A DNA stretch of 64,000 nucleotides from Octopus sinensis (lineage: Eukaryota): contig NC_043005.1 in NCBI RefSeq assembly GCF_006345805.1, positions 52,514,001 to 52,578,000 on the forward strand. Direction: 5' to 3'. Each line of letters opens with the position of its first letter. Positions within the stretch are counted from its first letter, which is position 1. Of the stretch, positions 12,166 to 24,811 are shown one piece after another. The position numbers were made by a program, and so were the translations under genes. Under the pieces are notes generated by a model that was not told the origin of the DNA, made no database searches, and saw only the letters and a list, made by a program, of their open reading frames with translations.

Positions 12166-14568
12166 CAAATGCATTCCAACCTTGACCATCTTGTTTTTCT
12201 TTATGCATATTATATCCAGGGATACATTATCTAAGCTATCTTTGTTATTTTGGAGATATAATATTTAGCTTCCATTTCTAGCAATTGAAGCGACCATGCC
12301 GAAATGCTCCCATTAGTACGTGATGGAAACCTAAAATTTTTATAAGTCAATGATTTGAAATAGCAGATTTGACCTAATTCACGAATGATTTTTCACGTGG
12401 ATAACATTCACGTATTTACAATTCACAGATTTTAAAATCTAAATCGACTGACATTTTCTAACCTTATGTTCTATAAATGATGAAGACAAATGTGATTATG
12501 CAGTCAAAGAAATGATAACGCTAAGATTCTAAAGAAATACCGTTCTTGTGGTATTTAAGTTAAGCAAACAGTTCAAAGTTTGTTTAAGCGAAACTTACAA
12601 TGCTGATGTATCTGCAGAAAATAGTAAGTCTTTTGCTATTGTTCCGAATAATAGAAGCAAAAACTGGAAATAATATATTGGAGAATATTTGATACGTGTA
12701 ATCATCAGTAAGGCACAGTTGCCATTTGGAATTTTAAATTTCACAATGAATAGACTTAGATGTGAGCTCTTGTTTGCATCGTGTTTCAGTTAAAAGAATA
12801 TATTTACCGAGATGATTTCATTAACAATTTTGTTGTTGTAATCTTTCTAATACACACATATCATATAGACGAGAAATAATAAAAGGTATTTTTTCTTTTC
12901 ATTTATTTATCAAATGCGGTTTTTCAAAAGACTCTTTGCTAACCGCTGAAAGTACTGGCACCAATAAATAACAATAAAACAAATTTGAAAAACAGACAAT
13001 AGCACGAAGAAGAAGAAGACATTTTCCTGACCAGAATATAATATTACAAAAAAATAATATTTCAACTACAGTTATAAATGTAGAACTGAATAGTGACAAA
13101 ATTTCGTTAGTGTTAAAGGTATGGACGGAATGAAAATGTTAGTAGCAACAGTAACAGAGATGATGCCGGGGATGTATTAACTCAGAACATATTGCTTACG
13201 TTTTACTAAACGCTATGTTTCTTAAGGTGGCCGTTGGAAAGTATTACAGCCGTCAAGAAAGAACAGTAACAAAACAGTAAGACTGTGATATACGACCAAA
13301 AGCTATCTTATATAGACAACACTAGTGGGAAATGTTGTACGTTTGAGTATAGCGAAATAAATAAAAGTTAATTGTGCAGAGATAACTGTGAAATAATGTC
13401 CAGTAGTTTTAACACACATACCACGCTTTCCCATCACACAGGCATCCACTCTATGAAACTACACTCTGATTGTTGGAGAAACTAGTCAAGCATAGATATA
13501 TTTGGACATTACTTAACTATGACATGAAGCAGGAGAAAATACACAAACACAGCGATTGATGAAATAAAACAATGGGTCAGCACCAATGGCTAAATAGCAA
13601 TGTTCTGAGTTCCAAAATCAGCTACAATTGCTGCAGTCGTAAATGCATCGTAAAATAAAAACAAATACTGTGAAAGTTTTAAACAAATAAAGTTCTACTT
13701 AAATCTTAAGCATGCAAATATCGCTAGGTTTTACAACCAGGTGGCGTTAATATAAGCAGATAGAAATGACAAGATACAACACTCTACAGCAACAATACGT
13801 CTTTCGTTCGCGTCTTAAAACCTGAAACGATATTCATTGGACAAAGAAGAGCTGGGAGAGGATGAGAACCCATTGAAGATTTGCAGTCGGTAGTGAATGG
13901 ACTTTATAGTATAAGAGAAAGTAATATTGTCTGAGTAAAGGAACGGAATATTGACATAGCTATAAACACATACATACGTAAAAGTTACAACAATGATAAC
14001 AGAATAACTATTAACATTGAATGAGTAATAGCGGTTCTCTATTCTAAATTATAACTCTATTAAATACGCTATGTCAATAGACCACATCAGTCAGATACAT
14101 TCAGCCTGTTTGATCAGTGGACGGCAACCACACCGTTTGTCCTTACATCGGAATATAAACAACGATGGTAGCAGAAGATCAGTTTTACCTAATAAAACAG
14201 AACCACATCGGTGATAATATTCTTAAGAACACACATGAAGAAGAGAGAGATCCTTTAACAATTCTATACCCTACAGAAGTCTCTTGTAATTCAGACAAAC
14301 ACATCTCAATGTTCTTTGGTTAGTGTTAACGTGAAAACTTCTGTTTTCATTCCATTTGAAATATATCATGGGCAATTACGTACAACTGTCATCTCTCTCA
14401 AACACTCATCCACACAGCCACCACACTCACGTATTCACCTATGCAAAATATTTGTATATTTCTACACACACAAACACACACATATATATGTTATAAATTA
14501 GAACAAACAGTAAAAGGTTGTCCTTATAGTACTGTAAAAATCTGTAAATATATATATATATCATATCT

Positions 14569-14603
<35 letters not shown>

Positions 14604-14934
14604 TCACCTGAGCACCTATATACATGCATGAATGTTTCAAAGCAAGCTTTTGTTTTTCCACTTTTATTTTCTTTATGTATAGCTTTACTCAAATATATGC
14701 ATAAATTTCACACCGTAGTATGTGATATATACATATGTTAGCGTGTATTTACGTGTGCGTGTGTATGTGTGTGTTTATGTATATATTGCGTATACTTGTA
14801 GATATGTTTGTACGTGTGTATATATCACTCTCAAATCTGCGATTCCTTTATGATTTTGAGTAAAGCAATTCACAATTATATATGGAAAAAGGAAGTGTCC
14901 GTGTGTGTTTATATGTATGAATATATGTATAATA

Positions 14935-15096
14935 TAGAGTGGCTGTGTGGTAAGTAGCTTGCTTACCAACCGCATGGTTCCGGGTTCTTTCCCACTGCGT
15001 GGCACCTTCGGCAAGTATCTTCTATAAAGCCTTGTGAATGGATTTGGTAGAGGAAAACTGAAAGAAGCCTGTCGTATATATATATATACATATATA

Positions 15097-15128
<32 letters not shown>

Positions 15129-15358
15129 TGTGTTTGTGTGTGTGTATCTTGGTGTGTCTGTATTTGTTCCCCCACCATCGCTTCATAACCACAACCGATG
15201 TCGGTGTCTCCGTATCTTAGTGGTGCGCTAAAAGTGACCGATAGAATAAGTACTAGGCTTACAAAGAATAAGTCCTGGGGTAGATTTGCTCGACTAAAGC
15301 CTCTGATCCAACATGGTCGCAGTCAAATGACTGAAACGAATAATAGAATAAAAGAATG
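14935..15358 (+). mobile_element. SINE family A, full length
   Basis: GAGTGGCTGTGTGGTAAGTAGCTTGC head, internal (TA)(TG) tract and GACCGATAGAATAAGTACTAGGCTTACAAAG body. Confidence 0.9.
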
Positions 15359-15469
15359 CATAAACACACACTCGGGCATACAAAAGACAGAGATATTCTT
15401 ATACTAGTTCATTTATAACTGTTATTACGACCCAAGTCCGCAATGCAGTCACTTAACAAACAAATAAAT

Positions 15470-15580
15470 ACATACATACATACATACATACATACATACA
15501 TACATGCATACATACATACATACATACATACATACATACATACATACATACATACATACATACATACATACATACATACA
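15470..15580. repeat. (TACA)n tetranucleotide microsatellite
   Basis: Direct observation. Confidence 0.97.
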
Positions 15581-16039
15581 AAAGACTACAGATCCAGGCT
15601 AATCGCTGGAACAGTAAAAATCTGTAAAACTTTCCAGAAGTTTGTCATTTAAATATATATGAGCATGTCTAGATATGCAACTATATGCATGAGAATACAT
15701 AAAAACAAAAACAAAATCATGCAAATCTGCACATACACATACATACAAAAATATTATTTAAATTCTTTTGAAGGAGCCTTGGATCTAGGTTAGAATCCGG
15801 CTCTTTCTGCATTGGCAAGAAATCTTGAAATTAAATTGAATAATGACATACAAACAAACAAACAAGCAAACAACTTTGAAACATACAACTTCTATATCCG
15901 GACTACAAACTTACATTTATACTAATAATTATTAGAGCACTTGTTTTTGTATGCAAATGCCTAATTCTCAGTCCAGATAAGCTTGGATTTTTATGATTGA
16001 AAACAGAAGAGATAGATACATACATGGTAAAAGGGAAAA

Positions 16040-16290
16040 GACGCCACTTCCACCCTTCGGTCATGAATGAGGATCGGATTGCACCTAGGAATTTACATTC
16101 CGAGGCACAAGTCCGGGCAAGGCTGTTTATGGAAGACCAGCAGTCGCCCATGCATACCAGCCTCCCCTCTCCACGCCACCGATGTTATCCAAGGGAAAAG
16201 CAAAGGCCGATATAACATGGCACCTGTGACGTCGCAACTCATTTCTACAGGTGAGTAGAACTGGGGAAACGTGATTGTGAGCCTGACACC
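16040..16290 (-). mobile_element. SINE family D (5'-damaged)
   Basis: Highly similar to 20030-20349 (GGCACAAGTCCGGGCAAGG, ATGGAAGACCAGC, CACCGATGTTATCCAAGG). Confidence 0.85.
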
Positions 16291-16379
16291 ATGCGCCTTC
16301 TCATACAGACATACATGCGTAAATATATACATACATATATGTCTCTGTCTGTATGTCTGTCTGTTTCTCTCTCTCCCTC

Positions 16380-16457
<78 letters not shown>

Positions 16458-16533
16458 TGTATGTATGTATGTATGTATGCATGTATGTATGTATGTATGT
16501 AGTATGTATGTATGTATGTATGTATATATATAT
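16380..16533. repeat. Compound (CA)n(TA)n(TATG)n microsatellite
   Basis: Direct observation. Confidence 0.95.
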
Positions 16534-16534
16534 A

Positions 16535-16825
16535 AACAATTGCAGCGTGGAAGGTGTTTATAAGCCATTTAAAAAATACACAAAGACCGTCATATTCACT
16601 TCAACATTCAAATTTAATTTGTCAAAATATTTTTGTCGCTTTGAAACCGCGACCTGTTCACTGATAAAATTCCGAGATGCAGCACAGAATTTTGTCAGTG
16701 AATCGCTGGCGGTTTCAAAGCGAAGAAAATAATTTGACAAATTAAATTGAAATTTTGAAGTGAATCTAACGGTTTTTTGTGTGTGTTTTAAATGGCTCAT
16801 AAACACCTTCGACGCGGCAATTGTT
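16535..16825. mobile_element. Foldback/palindromic element with about 130-bp inverted arms
   Basis: Left arm AACAATTGCAGCGTGGAAGGTGTTTATAAGCCATTTAAAA...GCTTTGAAACCGC...TTCACTGA mirrors right arm TCAGTGAA...GCGGTTTCAAAGCG...TTTTAAATGGCTCATAAACACCTTCGACGCGGCAATTGTT. Confidence 0.8.
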
Positions 16826-17287
16826 TTTGCTTCAGTACACAATGTCAGATCAAGTCATTTGTTATGCAAGTACATCTCCATAATATATATATATATTTAG
16901 ATATATATATGTGTGTGTGTGTGTTTGGAAATTAGGAAATAGTGGCATTCATGTAGCTGATATGTTAAATTTAGTCTCTTCGGTTAACGTAGATGACGAG
17001 GACCACTCAGTTTTACAATAACAAATGTATTCTGAAAAGTTCGAAACTCGAGTACTAGGTTGACCATTTCGCTGCCGTCCTTCCTAGAGGTAAGACGAAA
17101 TTGTTTTTCATATTCGCCTCCTTTATACATTCAGTGAAGCTTTATATAGCGTCGAACGATTATCGATTGCTATTTTCAACATAAATTGATACCTTATGGT
17201 ACCACTATTTCCTATTTATAATTCTACCTTTACGGTGCTTTATTTCGTTGGAATATATATATATATATATTATATATATATATAATA

Positions 17288-17490
17288 TTCTTTTACTTGT
17301 TTCAGTCATCCTGGAGCGCCACCATTACGCGAGCAAATCGTCTAGTACTTATTCTATCGGTCTCTTTTGCCGAACCACTAGGTTACGAGTACGTAAACAC
17401 ACCAGCGTCGGTTGTCAAGCGACACACACGCACACACACACACACACACATACACACACGCACATACACACACACACATACACACACACA
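17288..17490 (-). mobile_element. SINE family A 3' half
   Basis: CTTTTACTTGTTTCAGTCA...TACTTATTCTATCGGTCTCTTTTGCCGAAC followed by (CA)n. Confidence 0.85.
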
Positions 17491-17492
17491 TA

Positions 17493-17675
17493 TAGCTGGA
17501 ATTTACAAAAAAACAAAGAGGAAGACAGGTGTGTAAACATCAAACAGGTGTATTTAGTTTAACGCTTGGGAAGGTGAGAATGTCTGTTACGTTTCGAGCC
17601 TACGCTCTTCAACAGAAAGGAACACGAGAAAATAAACAGAGTGAGAGTAAAAAAAAAATGATTTAGTGGCTAGCG
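17493..17675 (-). mobile_element. Short PLE-derived repeat with a hammerhead motif (17584-17620)
   Basis: Minus CCUUU CUGUUGA A GAGC GUAG GCUC GAAACGU A ACAG; homologous to 10645-10810. Confidence 0.7.
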
Positions 17676-17725
17676 GCTTCAAACTGCATTTCTTTGGTCT
17701 ACTACAAATAATCAATCATGTGTGT

Positions 17726-17898
17726 CAGGGCGGCGAACCGGCAGAATCGTTGGTACGCCGAGCAAAATTCCACAGAAATCTATTTTACCTTTCGTGCTTT
17801 CAGAGTCACTACAACAGAATAGCAGTCAAGCATTGGCATCAATGTAGTCGACCTGTCCTTTACCTAAAACTTCAAGACTTGTGTCAAAATTTGAAACT
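17726..17898 (+). mobile_element. SINE family B, decayed
   Basis: GGGCGGCGAACCGGCAGAATCGTTGG head and TTGTGTCAAAATTTGAAAC tail. Confidence 0.75.
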
Positions 17899-18029
17899 AT
17901 TAGCCATGCTGTATATGAAATTCCCAGCGCAGTAAGTATCATATTTTACGGGTTTGATATTCCTTTCGGTTTTCTTTATCCCTGTCGCCCAGTCACCATC
18001 AGTATCTTTCTTTCTCTCTCTTTCTCTCA

Positions 18030-18272
18030 AGGTGCGTGCCTTAGTGGTTAGGATGTTATACTCAGGATCGTAAGATTGTGGTTTCGATTCCTGGACTGGG
18101 GGAGGCGTTGTGTTCTTGAGCAAAACACTTCATTTCACGTAGCTCCAGTCCACTCAGTTGACAAAGATGTGTAATCCTACGACGGACTGGCGCCCTGTCC
18201 AGTTAGGGAATACATACGCAATGAAAACTGGGAAACCAGCGTCTATGAGTCTGTATAACTCGGGAAGGAACA
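18030..18272 (+). mobile_element. tRNA-derived SINE family C variant
   Basis: GTGCCTTAGTGGTTAGG and GGTTTCGATTCC boxes, TTTCACGTAGCTCCAGTCCACTCAG body and GACGGACTGGCGCCCTGTCCAG. Confidence 0.85.
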
Positions 18273-18559
18273 CTACACTCTCTCTTTCCCCTTCTCTCTT
18301 CCTGTCTTTCTTTAAAATTTGTTCAAAATATTAGATATATTTTTCTCCATAGGAAAAATACAAGTCAATCAGAATAAACCAAAAGGTTGAAATCAATATT
18401 CGTCTCCAGCACTATGAGCAATGTACATTTTACATGCCCCCAGGGAGACACTACTCAAGTCTTATCAAATCCCTAGAAAACACTTATAAAATCCCTAGAA
18501 AATGGCACGCTTCTTTGTCTTAGATGCGGAAATGACGCATTAGATAATATATGTCTTGT

Positions 18560-19015
18560 GTCCCAACTACATGGTTCCGGGTTTTGTCCAAACTGCGTGG
18601 CACCTTGTGAGTAGATTTGATAAAGGGAAACTAAATGAAGTCGGTCGTCTATATGTATGTATATATATACGTGTGTGTGTGTGTGTGTGTATGTGTGTAT
18701 GTATGTATGTATGTATGTATGGATGGATGGATGGATGGATGGATGGATGCATATATGTATGTAAATATTTATATGTATGTCTATGTGTATGTGTCTTTCA
18801 GACTGTTTGTTTCCCGCCACTACCAACATCACCGCCACTCGACACTCGGTATTGGTTTGTTTACATTCCCGGCCAAAGAGATCGATAGAATAAATAGCAG
18901 GTTACAGGAAAAAAATAAATAATAGAAGCTAGTGTCGATTCATGTGACTAAACTTCTTCAATGATGTACTCCAGCATGGCCACAGTCTAATGACTGAAAC
19001 AAGTAAAATATAAAA
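18560..19015 (+). mobile_element. SINE family A with an expanded internal microsatellite
   Basis: CATGGTTCCGGGTT head remnant, internal (TG)(TATG)(GATG) tract and CCAGCATGGCCACAGTCTAATGACTGAAAC tail. Confidence 0.8.
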
Positions 19016-19089
19016 GATGAAAACGAAAAACAATAATTGTTATCCACTCTGGTACTCAGGTTATTATAATGTATAATTCAGAACGAAAA

Positions 19090-19646
19090 TATGGGTTGTC
19101 TGGAAAGTTCGTGCCGATTTTTAAAGGAAAGTAAAAGGTCAATAACTACTTGCCATTACATTTTTAGTCAACCAAATATAAACCATTTTGTAGCACAATG
19201 CGTCTCCATCTTTCCTTTAACTTTCCCAGAACTGAGGTGCTTTCATGGCAAAGAATTCATCAAGGTATCTTTTTACGTCATCCAAGGAATTGAAATTTTT
19301 ACCATTAAGACTATTCTGCAGAGAGCTGATTAAGTGGAAATCCGAATGAGCAATATCTGGTAAATATGGAGGGTGGGGGTAACACATCCCAGCCGAGCTG
19401 CAGCAAATTTTGTCTGGTTCCCAAAGCATCAAGTGCCGAAAATGAACTTTCTTATCTTTTATTTTAAAGGGTTACAGAATTAACACAGTTTATAGGAACA
19501 TAAACCTTCTTCAACGAAAAGATAGCTTAAAATGTGCTCTAAATGGAGGTGTAGTCAAATCCTATTTTATGGACTCAACCATGTTCTAAAGTAAGTCGAA
19601 AGTTAAGCTACTATAAATCGGCACGAACTTTCCGGACAACCCAATA
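19090..19646 (-). mobile_element. Internally deleted mariner (DD34D) element
   Basis: About 30-bp TIRs (TAT[T]GGGTTGTC[T/C]GGAAAGTTCGTGCCGATTT) at both ends. The minus strand encodes N-terminal KDKKVHFRHLMLWE fused to C-terminal TRQNLLQLGWDVL/PHPPYLPDIAHSDFHLISSLQNSLNGKNFNSLDDVKRYLDEFF, which matches the mariner HPPYSPDLAPSD motif. Confidence 0.93.
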
Positions 19647-20029
19647 AATTCTAAAAGTGTAAAAGTTCACATAATCGAAGAAAAAGAGAACAAGCAATAG
19701 CTACTTTACCAAGGAGACAAAGGAAAAGAGAAAAAAAAGTTGGGGATTATTAAGTAGAATGTGTGTTAGTAACGTGTTATACACCCCAAAACAAATGGCG
19801 TGCTTAGCCGCGCCTCGCGGACCCGATTGTGAAGGCGCTGTGCGGAGAATGGCTATCGGCATCCTCTACAACAGTTACCTCCACCTCTCGAGGTTCATTG
19901 ATAAAAAGATAAAGGATACTCATAAAAAGAGAATGGTGGCGGCTGGAAAGTAATGAATCATTAGGACACTCGAAAGGATTGTGCAATGGTTAGAAGGCAA
20001 CAACAATAATATTCATTTGTTAAAGGGGT

Positions 20030-20349
20030 AAATACTCTCTTCGGCCATGAATGACCCTGGGATTGCACCTAGAAAGTACTCCTTAAAGGCACAAGTCCGG
20101 GCAAGGTTCTTTATGGAAGACCAGCGGTCACCCATGCATACCAAACTCCTCCCTTCCCCACGGCACCGATGTTATCCAAGGAGAAGGCCGATACAGCATG
20201 GCACCTGTGACGTCACATCTCATTTCTACAACTGTGTGAACTAGAGCAACGTGCTCAAGAGCACAAGACACAGTACATATCCGGGCATCGAACTCACTAC
20301 CCCATCATTGCGATTCCGACGCTCTAGTCACTGAGCTATGCGCCTTCAC
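20030..20349 (-). mobile_element. tRNA-derived SINE family D, full length
   Basis: Minus head GTGAAGGCGCATAGCTCAGTGACTAGAGC (box A) and GAGTTCGATGCCC (box B); body shared with 16040-16290. Confidence 0.87.
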
Positions 20350-20589
20350 TTCTTAAGATTATCTTTACAGATATTCTATAGAAATTATAGCGAATCTTAA
20401 CAAGTGATGTAAATCGCACTGCTAACACAGTAGAACACGATATTGATATATGAAAATGTTAAATATACTTTATACTATATTACGTTTGCATAAGGAAATG
20501 CCGCGTCCCTACAAATCATCAACGATAAAAATGTCTTTATTGGTTTTTATGTGACAAGTTGGTGATAACCTATTAGCACCATTTATCTT

Positions 20590-21010
20590 TTGTTTCTTAC
20601 TTGTTTTACTCATTGAACTGCGGCCATACTGGGGCGCCAGCTTGAAGGGTTTAGTCGAATAAATCGACACCAGTACTTATTTGATTTTTAATTCCGGTCC
20701 TTATCTTATCGATCTTTGGCTGAAACGCTAAGTTACAGGAAGGTAATCAAATCAAGGCCGCTGTCAGACGATTGGGTTAGGGACAAACACAAGCACAACG
20801 CCTCACACACGTATACATACATAGACACTTATATAATCATACACACGCATACATACATACGACGGTTTCTGTCTAACAAATTAACTCACGAGGTATTAGT
20901 GGACCCAGGGCTACTGTAGGAGACACTAACCCAAAATTTCGCGCAGTGGGACTGAACCCGAAACGGCGTGGTTGCAGTGTGAGCTTCTTAACCACACAGC
21001 CATCTCTGCC
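20590..21010 (-). mobile_element. SINE family A, decayed full length
   Basis: GCGGCCATACTGGGGCGCC tail and GCAGTGGGACTGAACCC...ACCACACAGCCA head, reverse-complemented. Confidence 0.82.
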
Positions 21011-21929
21011 CCTTTCTGAAAAAAAAATATAATTAAAAACAAAAGATCAAAATCGTTTACAGCATTGAAGCTGACTGAATGACGCGAAACCTAATTCTTA
21101 ATATTGTTAATCATGCACATTACACAAGCGATGTGGTTTTTAAAGGGTTGTTCTTTAAGAACGACATGTTTTATACTGTCTACACGAGAAACAATGCAGT
21201 TATTTTTAGTAATTCATACGTTTTGAAAGAAAAACCACAACGTCTACACAGCAAGGCCAGACAGCAGAATCACACTGGGTTGACACGAACCAATAGATTG
21301 TATTGAGACTATAAGAAGCTATAGATGATTTTATCAACAAAGGAGCTCCCAATCTACTGGTAAATAGTTTTATTTGGTCAGTTTCGCCCGGTCACGTCAT
21401 CTACCTTAAGCAGTTTTATATTCCTGGCTTGTATTTATTCAGAAACCGTCTCGTCTTGATAAGTTTATCTCGTTGGCGACCTGCCATAATGTGTGTCGCT
21501 TCGTCAGTTAGCTTCTGCCTATAATTACCAATAGTTGAAAAAACAAGAAAATTGATCATTTATTATTCAGATGGACGCCTCTTAGTAGTCCAGTTTCTTT
21601 TCTTCTTTACAGGCCACTGTCTCAATTCACAAACACGTGTGTGTTTCATAGTGTGAGCGCCCTCTCATTGCGTTAGTTTTCGTTGTGTTGATAATAACAA
21701 TCTTTCTAAGAGATGCTTGGTCAACTGATAGTGAGACCAATAGTGGTTCCAGAATGACTACTGATCGTTTTCAATTTGTTTATGTACTAAAGGAAGTTTA
21801 TATACTCACTCATAGCTATATTCACTGACTTGTTTTGTACAAAGGCCATGCACTTACTACTATTTTTCATAAAGATACACATACCGCCATAGATGTCCAT
21901 ATGTACACACACCCACCATAAAGCTTCCC

Positions 21930-21992
21930 GTTATATATATATATATACATACATATATATAATATATATATAATATATATATATATATAATA

Positions 21993-22023
<31 letters not shown>

Positions 22024-22458
22024 CATACATACATAAGTGTGTGTGTCAATGTGGGAGATATATGGTGGCGTGGTGCGGTGTCGGAGATGGGTGGGGGTGG
22101 GGAGATTTTTCATTTATTTCAGAATATATGAATTTGTATGAAGTATTTATCGCAGATGTGAATAGAAAATAAACATCGACTCGGCTGGAGATCATCTCAC
22201 ACCGATTGAACGTCTGACAAGCAAGAATAAAGTTATTAATTAGTACACCTAGTGTGTCTCAGTTCTGAATTATCCACCTGTAGACGATACGCAAATATAC
22301 AAACATACACACACATACATATATATACATATGTAAGTGTTTGTGGGCATATGTTATACGTGTGTGTGTGTATATATAACATACATATACGCGTATACGT
22401 ACACATATATGTATGTATATATATATATATATATAATATATATATATATATGTATATG

Positions 22459-22523
<65 letters not shown>

Positions 22524-22559
22524 GTAGATGTATATGTATGTATATATATGCATGCATAG

Positions 22560-22605
<46 letters not shown>

Positions 22606-22640
22606 GTGATTGCAGTGTGAGCTTCCCATATATATATATG
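21930..22640. repeat. Two (TA)n-rich degenerate microsatellites (21930-22035 and 22310-22640)
   Basis: Direct observation. Confidence 0.9.
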
Positions 22641-23418
22641 GGAAAGAAGAGAGAGAGAATATAAAGAAATAAAAATCAATTGATGAGATTATCATGTTAC
22701 AGTTTCAAATCTCGATGCACACTTTATAATGGAAATTTATTTATGCATCAGATAAAAAAAAAAAACAATAAAAAAACGAAAAAAAAACAGACGAACGGTG
22801 ATGCGAGGACATGATGTTCATGGCGCTAAGTGAGAGAATGTTCATGAAATGTAACATCCTCTTGCCATTGCTCTGTAACACAAAGATCTTACAATGTACG
22901 GTGCAAGGAGAGGAGTTTCTACTCTGTCACTTAACTTGCTAGAAATGGCAGTCAAACCTTAAATAATAGTCTTTGCAGTAAGGACGTAGTTCCCGTTTGT
23001 AGTTCTATGAAGCCTTTCTGAAATACAGCATGTAAATGGGCATCTAAATATGAGGGTATGGGATGATTTTTCTCTAGACTACAATCGGTTTTATTCAAGT
23101 AATAGAAAAGAACAGAAAAGGACAGAGAATATTAGATTCCAGCACTGGACTGGGGCTTTATATATCGATCTCTAGAAGAATGACATTTACCTATGACGGG
23201 ATTTGAAATCAGAGACCAGAGAGACAGAACGAACAGTGCAAGGCACTCTATCTGACATTGCAACGAATAGTATTTTCTCATCTTAGTAAAAGTAATGGAA
23301 ACTGCAATCCTAGATGCTCTAAGTGTAAAGAAAAGACAAACTCCTACAACCGAAACGTCTAAGATGATAGATCTACTCTATAACGGAAGACCTAGGGTTA
23401 CAAAAGAGGGACAACAAC

Positions 23419-23640
23419 GTTAGTTAGTTAGTTCCTCTTATTCCAAGTGGAACATTGGGCAGCAAACAAAAGATCTCCGTTCTATGCAATCTTCAGCAAC
23501 TTAAACACTCTGCCTTTAGAATCCCCAGAACTGTTCTCTTCCATAGCGTCTCCGTTTCCTTTTTTTCAACCTTCTGTTTTCCGATTGAGGGCGAACTCAG
23601 GGTGTCGTGTTGATTGCATTCTAAAGACATGTTCAAGAAA
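23419..23640 (-). mobile_element. RTE-type LINE 3' end with a (TAAC)n tail
   Basis: Minus frames FLEHVFRMQSTRHPEFAL, ETLWKRTVLGILKAECLS and AAQCSTWNKRN* resemble the RTE/RTE-X ORF terminus (W.GHVLRM...P..AL..., TWRRTV, LC.T). Followed by AACTAACTAACTAAC. Confidence 0.72.
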
Positions 23641-23754
23641 CCTCAGACGAGAATCTTTCGCTGTGATGTTTAATGGTTTCCGTTTGGTTCTCCATAGACT
23701 TCTTCATTGGTTATTGTTTTGCCAAGAGTTTAAGACAAATAACAACAAATACGA

Positions 23755-23788
23755 AAGCAGTAGCTGCAGTGACAGCAGTAGTAGTGGC

Positions 23789-23835
<47 letters not shown>

Positions 23836-23839
23836 GAGT

Positions 23840-23897
<58 letters not shown>
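23755..23897. repeat. (AGT)n/(AGC)n microsatellite
   Basis: Direct observation; explains the poly-S and poly-V ORFs. Confidence 0.95.
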
Positions 23898-24439
23898 TAT
23901 GCCATCATGAATAACATCAAGATCGAGTCAAAGAGAGACCCCGTTCCTAGCTGATTGACATGCTAAAATTATTAGGCAAATCTCCCTCTAATCACACCCT
24001 GCCATCTAAGAAAGTGAACCAAGCATTGGCTAATTTAATATCTGATATATTCTTCCTGAAAAACTCAGGATAATCTTGGCTTGAACGTCTTAGATAATAT
24101 ATCTGTCTGATCAGATTCAACTGCAAGGTAACATCAATATCTTACAGTATCGGATGCTAGAAATAACGACTTTATATCACATTCGCATTACACTCAACCG
24201 TTGATAAAAGAGAAGGACACTCTGCATATTGCTTTGTTTGAAAAGAATGACAGTATGGTCACGGCTGATATTCCATCATTAGATGTTGCTTTGCGGCAAA
24301 CATAGTTTCTGTTTCAATCTCATTGCGTGACAATTTCGGCAAGTGTCTGGCTGTCATATCCCCAGGCCGGCTAATACTTTTGGTACTCGATTTGGTTGAC
24401 GGAATTCGTCTTGTAAATATATTTATTCTTTCGTTTCTT

Positions 24440-24713
24440 TATTCTTTTATTCTTTTATTTGTTTTAGTCATTTGATTGCGGCCATGATGGAGTACCGCAT
24501 TTACTCGAACAAATCGATCCCCGTACTTATTCATTGTAAGCCTAGTAATTATTCTACCGGACTCTTTTGCCGAAGTGCTAAGTTACGGGGACGTGAACAC
24601 AGCAACATCGGTTGTCAAGCGATGGGGGGGGGGGACAAACACAGACACACACACAGACACAGACACACACACACAGACACACAGACACACACACACATAC
24701 ACACACACACACA

Positions 24714-24808
<95 letters not shown>
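24440..24808 (-). mobile_element. SINE family A 3' half with a greatly expanded (CA)n(TA)n
   Basis: TTTAGTCATTTGATTGCGGCCATGATGGAGTACCGC...GGTTGTCAAGCGATGG followed by about 190 nt of microsatellite. Confidence 0.87.

Positions 24809-24811
<3 letters not shown>

Noticed and set aside
12599-12611. 13-nt minus-strand microexon (TTTTCTGCAG / GTAAGT)
   Set aside because: The splice signals are good, but the length is not a multiple of three and there is no gene context; it cannot be supported without RNA data.
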